From assembly GCA_048213135.1 (NCBI GenBank), contig PS015853.1:1-37164 (forward strand): a stretch of 37,164 nucleotides of DNA, written 5' to 3'. The DNA is from Reclinomonas americana ATCC 50394 (Eukaryota). Under the pieces are notes generated by a model. The model was not told the DNA's origin. It was given only the letters and a program-made list of their open reading frames with translations, and did not search any database. Made by a program: the position numbers and the translations under genes. Shown here one piece after another: positions 11,951-24,240 of the stretch (position 1 is its first letter; every line of letters begins with the position of its first letter).

Positions 11951-14900
11951 ACAAGCAACCATCCATCACTTTCTCTGTCTGTCTCTCTCACTCTCTGTCT
12001 TGAGAGACATTTCAGTTGCCGCAAGCACGAGAGATGACGATGTGTGTGAGAGAGTGTCTCTGCTGCCTTGTCTGCATATGCGTGTGGACCCAGCTCACAA
12101 TCTTGATGCTAAGTCAGAGAAAGTAAGCTGAGAGAGTGTCTCTGCCTTCTCTTTTTCTTTGTGTGTGTTTGCGCCGATCACTGAACGAGAGACATCACGC
12201 TCACACGCGCTGACTCTCTCTTCCCTGCTGCTCGTTGCGCACAGCTCACTCAAATGCTCGATCAAACGTCGCCCGTGGAGCCCTCTCGCAAGCGCAAGCC
12301 ACCAGCTGCGCCAGCTGCATCCTCGCGAGTGACGCCTCCTCTCCCACCTCCGCCGCCACAGCCACCAGCCGATGTTCGCAGCCTGCTGCACAATGTTGCG
12401 TCTGTGTGCACCTCCTTTTGCCACAGCAGTAATCGATGCTGAGTGAGGGTGATTCTCTTCGCTCCTCTCTCTCGCGGCCAATCCAGCTCATGCGCAATCT
12501 ACTTGTTAGTTCAGAATGCAAGTCATCCTCTTTCTTCATCCTCCTCCTTCTTCTTCTTCTTCTTCTTCTTCTTTCGTTTTTCCGCATCTTCTTTGTCTTG
12601 TTTGTTGCGTTCATCAAATCTGACTCCTCTGCACTTTCTCTCCTCTTCCCCCTTCTCATCGTCCTCCTCCCTCCGTCCCTCCCTCCCTCCCTCCCCCCCT
12701 CCCTCCCTCCCTCTCCCTTCTCTTACTTTACCACTTGCAGGCCTCGGCCCGCCCATGCGTGGAAACCTTCCTCACCGAGGCCGGCATGTCGATGCTCATG
12801 TACACGGACGCCTTCCTGCGTGCCGGCTACGACACCCCACAAGTGCTGGCGGGACTCACGGAGCGCGACCTCACCACGGTGGGCATTGAGCTGCCGGGCC
12901 ACCGCAAGCTCCTGCTGCAGCACAGTCGGCGCATGCAGCAGCGCAATCGCGCCTCGGCGGCAGCGGCGCCCCCATCATCGTCTTCTTCCACGACGGGAAC
13001 GACTGGAAGGAAGCGCTCGCGATCGGCCAGCGAACGTGACGGTGGTGGTGTTGGCAGAAATGGGGAAGATGACGACGAGGCTTTGCTGATGGCCATGGCC
13101 ATGTCGGCGTCACTGGCGGCGCAGGAACAAGAGGAGGAGATGAGAAAGCAACAGGAGGCTCTCGAGTTGGAGCAGCTGTTGGCTGGAACGATTGAGGACA
13201 GCGGTGTGCATGAGCGGGAAAAGGACATGGATGAGGTGGAGGTGATGGTGATGGCAAAGACAGCGGGATTCGAGGAGGGCGCCATGCTGCCACCTCCCCC
13301 GCCGCCCGCTGCTGCTGCTGCTGCTGCTGGCATGTTGGCGCGACTGGCCAACGAACTGTTGGACATGGAGGAGAAGCAGCCGGTCACCACCTCGGTGACG
13401 ACAGTGTCTGCGACAGAGTCTGCGGTCGGCGCAAAGGTGGTCAGCCGACCAGCCATGCCGCCGAGTGCGCTGCAGCGGAAATCCTCGCGTACTACGCTGA
13501 CTCGCGTGCAGGAGGAGTTGGAGCCAATGACGGCAGTGGCGTGCGCCATGAGTCAGGCGGCGCGCGAGGCGAGTGCGCAGCGAGAACGACAGCGAGTGCG
13601 TGACTTTGTCGATTGGAGAGAGAGCTCGTTCTTGGCGCTGGTGGATTCGGTGCACCGGCTTGTCGATGAGTGGAATGCGGAGTTGGTGCAGCGTGTGACG
13701 GGGATGTGCGAGGAGTTGGATGGGGAGTTGTGGTGAGTTTTGGTACCAGGGGTTGTTGAATCAAGGAATACATGCGTGTCTACCGTTCTGCTGGCTGTTG
13801 CTCGCCCTCCTTTCCCTTTGCTGTTGCTCGCCCTCCTTTCCTTTTGCTGTTGCTCGTCCTCCTTTCCCTTTGCTGTTGCTCGCCCTCCTTTCCTTTTGCT
13901 GTTGCTCACCCTCCTTTCCCTTTTCCTCCTTTCCCTTTGCTATTGCTCACCCTCCCTTCCCATTGCTATTGCTCACCCTCCCTTCCCATTGCTGTTGCTC
14001 ATCCTCCTTTCCCTTTGCTGTTGCTCACCCTCCCTTCCCTTGCTGTTGCTCACCCTCCTTTCCCTTTGCTGTTGCTCATCCTCCTTTCCCTTCCTGTTGC
14101 TCGTCCTCCATTCCCTTTGCTGTTGCTCGCCCTCCCTTCCCTTTGCTGTTGCTCACCCTCCTTTCCCTTTGCTGTTGTTCACCCTCCTTTCCCTTTTCCT
14201 CCTGCTCACCCTCCCTTCCCTTTCCCTGCTGCTCACCCTCCCTTCCCTTTACATAGGGTCCAGCTGGTGCGCGACCACCGATTACTCCTGCACACCATCA
14301 GCGCGCAAGTGCGATCGTCGGTGCAAACCGCTGTGCCGTTGCCGCCACCCGAGGTGGTGGAAGCTTCCAGTGCCGCCGCCGCTGCCGCTGCGCTGAATCG
14401 GAGCATTCCGCCGCCGTCCACCCCGTCACCACCGCGCGTGCGGCAGGAATCCATGACCAGCACTCGTGTACAGAGCATGCCTGTTGTTGATGTACGTTCG
14501 CCTGCGCCCACTGGCGACACTGGTGAGGCGCATCCCCCCAAATCACCATTTCTTCATGCGTAATCTTATTCTCTCGTTTCTGCAATGCAGGCACTCAACT
14601 GTTCGAGTCACTCTTGAATCTGGCGTGTTCTCCGCCCGCACCATCAGAAAAGGTAACAGTGTCCTTTGTCACCGTTTGTTTCCGTCTCTCGTGAACCAAT
14701 TGTTGTATGGCAGCCGGACACCTGGGGCATCTCGCACGATCCACAGAGTCCACAATGCACTCCGCAGAGTGCCACAGAATCGCCAGCACTCGTCGTTCTT
14801 GACACTCCGACACCTCCACAACCTGCCGCGCCGCCTCCACCACCGCCACCACCGCGAGCAGTTGTTACCATCGATGACGAGGAGGAGGAGGAGGAGGATG

Positions 14901-16525
14901 TTGAGATGCTGGAGCTGGGCATCGGCAGTGACGATGACGACGATGAGGAGGAGGAGGAGCAGGATATGAATGAGGAGCGTGGACGAGGAAGCCGCTCGTC
15001 AACAGCACCTCCGCGGTCTTCGTCGGATTCACCACCGTTGTTTCCTGTCATCGCTCCTGCCGTCAAGAAGCCTCCAGCCGTCGCCGACTCAGCGGCACGG
15101 CGCAAGTCTCTGGTGGAGTTGTTGCAGAAGCAGACGGAGGCGGACTTGTCGGTTGCGTTGTCGCCATCACTTGCTCGCTGTATATGTTTTTCTGCCACAT
15201 TCTGCTTCTCTGTCTCGTCGTCTCTGTTGTCTGGTGTACCTCTCTGTCTCACTGTGCTGGTCTCTGTTGCATGCTGCACCTCTCTGCCTGGCAGTCTCTT
15301 ATATGGCCTTCTGACTCTGCGGTCTTTTTGCTTCTGCCATCTGTCTTTTACAATACCTCTGTCGCCCTTGATTTCTATCTGTAATTCGCCTCGTCTTCGC
15401 CGCGTTCGTTATCTCTCGTTCTGGTCGTATCTACGTGCGTGTCTGTGCAACCTCAGCTTCTCGATTATGACGCTCTCATAGTCTCAGTCGCTATCCCTTG
15501 CTCCCTGCTAATCTCTTCGCTGCCACGATCATTTATCTCTCTGTCTCTTCGTCTCAGTTGCCATCTTTGTGTCTCTGTCTCACGGTCCCTTTGTCTCTGT
15601 ATTTGGATTCTGTCAATCTCAATGTGTCTCTCTCATGTGCTCAAACAGAGACTGATGCAACGGCGTGGACTGCGGAGATACGGCTCATTCGCCGCCATGG
15701 TGAACGCACTGGCAGAATCGCTGATGGACTTTGAGGGTGATCCTGGTGAGTTGCCCTTGTGCTTGCATTTTCATACCTCGTTTCTTTTGTTCTCCTCGGT
15801 TCTTCGTCCACGTGCTGTCCTTGCAATCTTCTTGCCCTCGGTGTTGCCGTCCCACTGCATTCATTCTCTTTTGCGGAGTCTTGTCTCCAATTTTCCCTTT
15901 TTCTGTTCTCTGTGTCCTCAGTGTTGCCCCACTGCATTCATTCTCTTTTCTGCGCGACATCTCTTGCGAACCGCTCTTCTTATTACTCTTTCTCTTCCTT
16001 CGCATGCTCTCTCCCGTCACTCGCACCTGAAAGTCGATCACGAGAGCCGCAGTTGTTTAGCACCCCTCCTGTCTTCTGCTCCTCTTCCTCCCCCCCCACC
16101 CCCTTCCCTAATTCGCCCACAGCTCAACTCTTCGTCTCCATCGACGACCAACTCGCCTCCTCCGTCATGGCCGGCCTGCGCTCCATGGACCGCGTTCACG
16201 AATCCATTCTCCTCTTCAAGGTAATCCGCTCTGCATGCCAATCCCTTTTGCTGCTACTCTCCACTCACTCTCCCAACGACAGCCCCTCGAACTGCCGGAT
16301 GTGCGCCGCCGCCTGAAACGCGAGTGCGGCGTGCAATGTGAACCGAAGATCCTCGCACGCATTCTGCAGCAGGCCGGCGTGGCCTTTGTGTGGAGCAACA
16401 AGAGTGCAAAGCGGGGCAAGAAGGCTGCTGCTGCTGCCAAATCATCGCAAGACAGGCGCACCCCAGCGTCGCAACGCACGGTGGTGGAGGCTGACGACGA
16501 CGACCATGATGATGACTTTGAGTGA
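10890..16525 (+). CDS. SLX4: SLX4-like structure-specific endonuclease scaffold (UBZ finger, SAM, MLR-like motif, SAP, C-terminal Slx1-binding CCD), ~854 aa. Exons 10890-11108, 12245-12394, 12741-13732, 14257-14522, 14591-14652, 14714-15151, 15649-15745, 16123-16220, 16283-16525
   Basis: Phase-consistent model. CVVCGIDLSRRSLASRLSHVKTC (C2HC UBZ), ALLMAMAMSASL (MLR-like), TEADLSRLMQRRGLRRYGSFAAMVNAL (SAP), and HESILLFKPLELPDVRRRLKRECGVQCEPKILARILQQAGVAF (matches the SLX4 CCD pattern ILLYQPFEL...LLDFLDTHCITF). Confidence 0.82.
11285..11790. repeat. Degenerate ~110-127-bp minisatellite in SLX4 intron 1 with invariant core TTCGCGCCAACT x5
   Basis: Cores at 11294, 11421, 11545, 11664 and 11774. 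Confidence 0.85.
13790..14250. repeat. ~27-bp minisatellite (TGCTGTTGCTCACCCTCCTTTCCCTTT)n filling SLX4 intron 3
   Basis: More than 15 imperfect tandem copies. Confidence 0.9.
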
Positions 16526-16586
16526 ACAACATCAACAAAAATCAAAGCTACAATCAACCGAAGCGAGGTGGGTAAGAAGGGTGGGG

Positions 16587-19500
16587 TCAGGCACGGCGAA
16601 CGCGCTGTGGCTTGGGCTCCTCGTCATTGACGGGGCGGTAGCTGGGTCGAATGCGTTGCTGTTGTGTGTAGGGCGACAGATCTGCGATCGGGGAGAGGTG
16701 AATACGTAAATATAGATATCTCTCTCTCTCTCCCTCCCTCTCTCTTTCATACCTGGATGCCGCTTGGTGGGCGATGCCGACATTGGACGCTTGCTTCCGT
16801 TCGCGGGAGACGTTACCGCGGGTGCTACAGCACCATTTCCCAAGGCAGCGGCGATTGCGGCGGCTGACGATGGCGTGGTGGCGCTGGACTTGGAGGTGGC
16901 GCTGGCCGGACGCACAGCGCCCTTGCTCGGTGATTTGGAGTGGCCGCGGTGCGAGTCTGCCAGGAAATAGTCAGCTGAACAAGCGCACACTCTCTGGTCA
17001 TCATCGAGGGCGAACGCACTGGGCGACTTGGCGGCTGCTGCGGGCGATCCGACTCCGAGTTGCACCGACAAGTCGCTCTCCATGAACAGGCTCTCGAGCA
17101 GTCGCTTCATCTCGCCCACGTCGGCCGATTGTTCGATAACCGGTGTGGAGTTGGATCGCGTGGAGCTGTGTGGCGGGTGTGTGTGAGAGAGAGAGAGGGC
17201 GAGTCAGTGACAAGGAGGGGGAAGAGAAATAAAGTGAGGGGGCTTGGTGACAAAAAAACGAAACGACAACTTGCGCGACAACTCCCACTGCAATGAGCGG
17301 TACAAACTTGGGCCACCGAATGCTCGCATGCCCTCCTCCACGTCGGCGCTGACCATCGGCGATGGTGGCGGGCGGTCCAGGATGGTGCTTGGGTTCCACT
17401 CGCGGCGGGTCTGTGATTTGGGAAGGTAGAAGTGAGGGGCGGGAGAGGGAAGGAGGACGAGAGGGAACAGGAGGAGACAACTGGCTATTGAATGCCGAAT
17501 AAGATTTGAATAGGTACCAAGGCGTGCAAGGTAGAAGATGCCCTAGAAGAAACTTCACAGATCCACAGACAACATGAGCATCTACCAGAGATCAAACAAG
17601 TCTCATGTGACAACAAAAAAAGTGTTATTGATCACTCAGCCTTGAATGCCGGGCACACGAGAGAGAAGCACAGAGGAAGATAGAGAAGAATCAAGCCCTT
17701 GATTCGTGAATGCCATATAAGTTCGCAAGAGAAACCAAGCCAGCTAACATCTCTTGCCTCATTTCACACTACCAATCTCTTGGCTCCCGAAGAACCAAAC
17801 CGTGAAAAAAAGTGACTCACAAGAGGAAGCAGAAGCATGGCAGGACATGACAAGGCGAGAGGGGAATAGACCGCGAAAGGATGCAAGTGAGCAAGGAGGT
17901 GAATGACAAGATCCAATCTGCTTAGCTGCAAAGCAGAACGACAGGAAGAAGAGCACGCAAGGTAGAAGAATCAAAGACAAGCTTTGATACTGATTCACGA
18001 AACACCAACTGATGAATGACACGGCAACAAGCAAAGTGCAGTGTGGAAGGGGAAGCGCGCAGTAAACGATTGACAGAAAAGAGCAGCCCACAGTCGTTGC
18101 ACAACAACGGAAGATGCAGAATCACAAGATGAGCAATGAACGGTTGACAGAAAAGAGCAGCCCACAATTGTTGCGCACCAATGCAAGATACAGAAACAGA
18201 ACCCAAGCAATGATTGCCTTTCATCTTTTCCCCCTTCTCTCCCCCTTGTCCCCTTTTGCCACTCACCGCCGTCACCGGGTCCGGAGGCGGTTGCATTCTG
18301 TTCGCCAACATGGCGGGCACCGGATCGTAGATGGTGGACCGACGCACTCGTGGTGCCCGGTGCACCTGCGTGCGCGCTTGCGGCGACACTTGTGACGACA
18401 GAGTGAAGGTGCTAGCGTCGGCCGTGCTCAACGAACGCTGCAATGGCGACCGCGGTGGTCGCAACTCCTCACCCACATCGGGGTCGTGAGTCGGCGACGG
18501 GTGGTCGCTCAGGGCGTGCATCACGACTGAGAGAAAGGAAGAGAGTAAGAGAGAGAGAGGGAGAGAGAGAGAGAGTGAGCTCTCACGCAATAAAGTGAAG
18601 AGATGAATGAAACACAACTGGAGTGCATGGCCTTGGAGTGCGCTGCGGCGACTTCGACGGGTCGACTGGCGCCAGCACTCGGCGGGCGAGGTGGACTCTT
18701 GCTCTTGGTGTGCTGTGTGGAAGAGGTGTGAGCACGGGTGACATGGAACGAAGCAGTGTTCTTCACGAAATACCTCGTCACGGAGCACGTCCTTGGCCAC
18801 TCCCGCGGCCTGCCGCACCACATGGTGAGCGGCCAGTGCGCGTTTCGTCTGTGTCAAGAAAGGGGTAAACACATCTTCCGTAGAGATTGGCGACCACAAA
18901 GGGTGGGCGACTGCACCTCGAGCACGGACTGTGTCTTTTCGGCGTTTCGCTGCGCCATTTCGGCGGCCCACTGTCGCAGTGAGGAGCGACTGCTGTCGAT
19001 GCGAGTGGCGCGATTGCTCTCCTGCAAAGAGGGGGATGAGTGAAAGTGAGAATAAAAACAAAGGAAGAAGGAAAGAAAGGAATAGAGAGAGACATGGAAT
19101 AAAGAGAGAAGGGAGACAGGATATCAGAAACCAACACGCCCCCTTGTCTCACGCTGCGCAACTCGGTTCTCGTGCAGCACACGCCGCTTGAGATTGTCAA
19201 TGTAATCCATGCGCCCGCGGATCTGACGAATGCGGTCCGACAGCGACATGAAGAGTGTGGGCGACTGCAGCATTAACGCCGCCTCGGCTTCCACCTCCTT
19301 TTCTGCCTCTCCATCGGTCTACAAGACGAGGAGGTGAGTGAGGAAGGTGATGCAGATAAAGGGGCACAAAATAAAAAGGACACGCACAAGTGCCGAGTCA
19401 ACGACTTCGGGCTCCAGCAGCGACGGATTGTTCACCAGCACGCGGAGGGCAAGGACCTCGCGGTGACGGGCGTCGTTGAGGGATTTGATGGCCTCCTTGG

Positions 19501-20057
19501 CATCCATGCCTTTGACGAGGGTCTGCGAGGGAGGGAAAGTGAGTGAAGGGGACAAGGAGGATACACGGAAAAGAGAGAGAGAGAGGGAGGGAGAGAGAAT
19601 GTCAGAGAGAGAGAAGGGAGGGAGAAGACAGAGAAAACAAGCGGGTAGATGCCGAAACAACGAGGGAGGCAACTGGCAGAACTCACGAACAGAGCACACA
19701 AAGCTGCGAACAAGGAATATGCTCAAGTGATTGAGCAGCGGAGAGAACAGCAAAAGCATACTGCTGCATATGCAGCGAGAGAGAGAATCCGACAAGAAAC
19801 CGAAGCAGCCGCATAGCGCAACACCAACAGTAACTGAGACACGATGCTGGCTGTATTTGTAGCATGCCAGATATCGAGGGAGTGACAGAGGATAGACGCA
19901 TGTGCCGAGACTGACAGACAGAAAGAGAAAGCGAGAGAGAGAGAGAGAGAGATAGAACTGACCCTGTGTGGAGGACAAGAAAAGAGCACAACACTCAGTG
20001 ACAGCGTGTGAGATAGCAGGGAAGTGACAGAGGACAGTCACGTGGCGCAGCATGAGC

Positions 20058-20142
<85 letters not shown>

Positions 20143-21194
20143 AGGAGGAGAAAATAGAATGTGTGCAGAGAGAGGAACTGAACCTGTGCGGAGGACAAGA
20201 AAAGAGCACAGAGAGCAAGCCACACTCAGCAGTGTGTCAGATATCGAGGGAGTGACAGAGGATAGACGCATGTGCAGAGGCAGACAGCCAGAAAGACAGA
20301 GCGAAAGAGAGAGAAACTGAACCTGCATGGACGCCAATGAGCAGAAGGAAAGATCACCACACTCAATGGCACTGTAATATTCTTCAACCTCTTGTCGCAC
20401 AACAGTTCGCAGGCAATCTTTCTTTGTGCATCCACATGAAACAAGGCCGAAGACAGCAAGATCGAATACAGGAAAAGCTGAAAACTGACAATGGAGAGCG
20501 GCTTGAAGACGCAATCAAGAAATACCGAGCCAAAGAGAGCAGGGCGGACGCAAGAACAAGACACGCAGCTGTAGAACATCGTATAAAAAAGTGGCAGACG
20601 CGCAGAGGGGAGAGAAGGACAAGCAGTGGAAGGAGAAACAAGAATGCAAGAGAGAAGCAGGTGAGCGAGAGAATAGAGAGCAGCAAGGCAGAAAGCAAGG
20701 GAGAGAGAGAGAGACAAGATGGAGGCTCTGCACAGGCCCTTCCTCTCTATCAGACTCAATATATAAACAGCAAATAACTCCGTTCTCTCTTTCCCTCTCA
20801 CCTCCATCTCCTCCTCCCACGTCACCAACGTCGGTGCCATTCGCCGCCCACGCGCCGCCCACGCCGCTCTCAACGGAGACAAAGACAGCGCCGCTCGCGC
20901 CTCGCTCCTCTCCTTCTTCTTCTTCCTACTCGTCTTACTCTGCTCACTCTTCTTCTTGTGCTGCTTCACTCCCGCCTCCTCTTCCTCCGCCTCTGCCTTC
21001 CCCTGTGACACAGAGGACGCGCGTCGGCCACGCGGAACAGGCTCGGCAGAGTACGCGCGAGAGGCCTTCCGCACGTGTTTGTGCGCTGGTGGTGGAGGTG
21101 ACTTGACTGTCTTGGTGGCAGTGGTGGTGGGAGGAGGTGCTGTGTCCTCCTCGTCTTTCGCGACGACAGCAGCCGCCGTACTGGTGTCGCCCAT
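16587..21194 (-). CDS. Hypothetical protein (low-complexity plus helical segments). Exons 21194-20802, 19522-19388, 19318-19163, 19021-18917, 18848-18774, 18712-18619, 18526-18267, 17410-17304, 17165-16753, 16681-16587
   Basis: Ten phase-consistent GT-AG exons from MGDTSTAAA to ...PKPQRVRRA*; no family recognised. Donors at 19162 and 17303 are the least certain. Confidence 0.72.
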
Positions 21195-21736
21195 TGAGAC
21201 ACACTCAAAACAGCCGCGTCTCAGGTGTCACGCGCGCGCATCATGGTGTCGCTGGTGCCCATCATGCGCGCGCGAAGTTTGCCAGACTGACTGGCATCCG
21301 GTTGCGTGTTGCTTCCGCGACATGAGCACACTAGCGCGGAGCACGCCAGATAAGAACGATCAAGAACAGCAAACTTGCACGCGTCCAGGACAGATTTTCT
21401 TGGGTGCAACTGGCAGCAACAAAACTTTGCAAATCCAAACAGCAACACAACCCGGAGCTGTATCGATATCATTATCACCATGCTAAGTAGGCGCTGGGAA
21501 CAAAGACGCACAGAAACAAAATCCGGTATTTTCGAAGTCGAAGTTACAATACCGAGCAGCATCTGGAATCCTGGACGCACGGGTCTGCGCTTATGCCTCG
21601 CCGCCTCCTCTCTCTCCTCCCTCTCCTCTCTCTACATCCCTCTCTCTGTCTCTCGTTTTTTCAACCAGGACAATCTGTCCCGAAACTTGCGAAAAAGACA
21701 TCGGTTTTCCAGCATCGAGCGAGAGAAGGAGAGAAG

Positions 21737-23780
21737 ATGAGACGCTCGACGCCGACGCCCACCGGCACCACAGCCAAGTCGCCCTCACGACGCACAGGTC
21801 GCGCGACAACGCCCTCGCCAACGACCGCGAGCACACGCCGTCGCTCATTGTCGGTGACGGCGGGAAGCGGAAGTGGAGGTGGCGGGAGACATCAGCAGCA
21901 GTCTCAGCAGCAGTCGCGACAGGTGCTCCCGATGGAGTTGTTGGAGTGGCAGTTGGAGGAGCAGCCGACGGAGGAGGACTTGGAGGAGGTGTGTGTGTGT
22001 GTGTGAAAAGGATGTTTGGTGGTTGGTTGATCGTGAGTGGCCTTTCATCGGAGGCGCAATGGGCATAGTGTGTCTGTGTGTATGAGTGTGAGTGAGAGTG
22101 AGAGATGGGAGAGTGAGCTGCAGTGTGCTTGTTGCGTTTGAGGGCAGCATCGGAACAACCAGGAGAGTTGTCGTGTTTCGGAGCATCCTGTCTTCTCTCC
22201 GCCTCTGCCTCTCTCATTCGTGTCTCTCTGTCTCTCGCTTTCCGAAGTCGTGCTTCTGTCACATCAAAGTTCCTTCAGTTCTCTTGCCTCTTCCTCTCCC
22301 TTTCCTCCTCTCCCTTTTCCTCCTCTCCCTTTTCCTCCTCTCCCTTTTCCTCCTCTCCCTTTTCCTCCTCTCCCTTTCCTTCTCTCACCCCTCCCCTTCC
22401 ACCCCCTTCCCCCTCTCACCCTTCCCTCTTCAGGCCGTCCGCCAAGCCGCCGAGCAACAACGCTTCGAGGCCGAGAAACGACGCCTGGAAGACACGCTGC
22501 ACACGATCCAACGCCAGAGCCTCGACATTGACCGCAAGCTGCTGGCACTCAAAGTCGCCTCCTCGCCCTCCAACAACAGCAACACCTCCAACGCCACCGC
22601 GCATGCAGCGCACGCAGCCGTGGCCGCCCGCGGAGTGGTGGCCACGGCCTCGAGCCTCGGTGGCGGCGAATCACTGTCGGTGCTGGTCGCGCGCCAGCGA
22701 CGACTCGACGCACAGCGCGCCGAGGCCGAAGCCCGGCTGCGTCGCCTCGACTGGTGCCGTCGCGAGTCGCACGTCATTCGTGAACAACGACGCGCGTCGC
22801 GTCACACCACACCAACATCGTCGCCCACTCGCAAACGTGGCAGCGGCGCTGACAAGGCGGCAGTGGTGCCGCCACTGACCATGCCGACCGCTGACGAGGA
22901 CGCGGAGATGACGACAGCGGAGGCCAGTGAGTCGCCAGTGGCGGCGTCCAAGATCGCGGCCTACTCGTTGGACTTGCCGTCGCCGCACACCTCGAAGACG
23001 GTGATGATGCAGACGATGAAACGGTCGCCGACGGGCGGCGCCGCGTCGATCATCATGGCAGCGTCACCGGCCAGCAAAAAGGCCTCGAGTCGCCGTCAGC
23101 AGCGTGCGGACCAGGATGCCGATGGCATTGGTCCCACGGCGCCGATGATGTCGGCCAATGTGCCGGATCGGAAACAGACCACCACCAAGCACCACTCGTC
23201 GGCACAGATGCAAGTGCTGGCCGACATGGAGACCGGCCTCAATCGCGAGTTGCAACGTCAGCGCGTGGCGTTGGAGACGTTGCGTGCGGAGGAGGCGCAG
23301 CTGGTCGAAGTCGTGCGGCAAGCCAAGCAGGCGCTGGCCGAGAAGCGACAGCAGATCAAGAGTCGGGAGGAGGGCCTGCAGCTCGCCGAGACGGCCACGG
23401 AGAGACGAATGCGGGCGTTGCATGCGGAGCGTGACGAGCTGGTGAAGAGAGATACGGAAGGTGGCAAGCAGCAGAAGCAGCAGCAGCAGCAGCAGCAGCC
23501 GTTGCCGCCGGCAGTGGTGCTGCAAAAGGGCGCTCCACCGGCGCTGCCGCACCAGCAGTCGCCCATTGACCCACACCGACCGTACTCGGGTGCCACCACC
23601 ACCACCGACGACGACGACGAGGACGGCAGAGATGACGAGGGGACGCGGCAAGAGGCCGACGAGGAGGAGGAGGAATACTACGAGTATTATGGTGACGATT
23701 TTGAGTCGTCGTCGATCGGCAGCTCCGGCTTTGGTCTCAACTTTCAACTGGCGGCCATTGTCGATCAACTTTTGGTGTGA
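21737..23780 (+). CDS. Hypothetical coiled-coil protein. Exons 21737-21988 and 22434-23780
   Basis: gag|gtgtgt...cttcag|gcc phase-0 intron; long ORF with heptad-like E/Q/R/L-rich helices and an acidic tail. Confidence 0.78.
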
Positions 23781-24240
23781 GACGGGCACGCAGCAAAAAA
23801 TGAAACAAACATGCGATACATTTTACTTGGGGTCAGCACGTCTCCTGCAACAGGAAGATGAAGCGGATGGCAGTATCCGAGCTTGCACAAGTATCACGCG
23901 TTCTTGGGGTCTGCGTGCTGGTGGATTGACTGCTGCATATGCTCATGGACCAAATGGTGTCTCTTCCACATTTGCAGAACTCACATGCTCACCTCCCCTG
24001 AACATTCAAGCAACACATGCCTAGTTTCACTCTGGTGGCGTGGGTTTCACGGCGCCTTCTCCACGCTCTCAAAAAGCAAAACCTCATCCAAGCAGTGAAG
24101 CAAGATGCCTTCTTGTGGCCTGTAGCTGCAGCTGGTGGTCGACTACTGCAGCTGCAGGTGGTAGTCTATGCTGCAGATGACAAGTGCCTTCCCTTCCACG
24201 TTTGCAACAGTCTCCGTCCCACCTTTCCCTTCAGTCTCCC

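Noticed and set aside
13720-14256. Long Cys/Leu/Pro-rich ORFs
   Set aside because: These are translations of the intronic 27-bp minisatellite.
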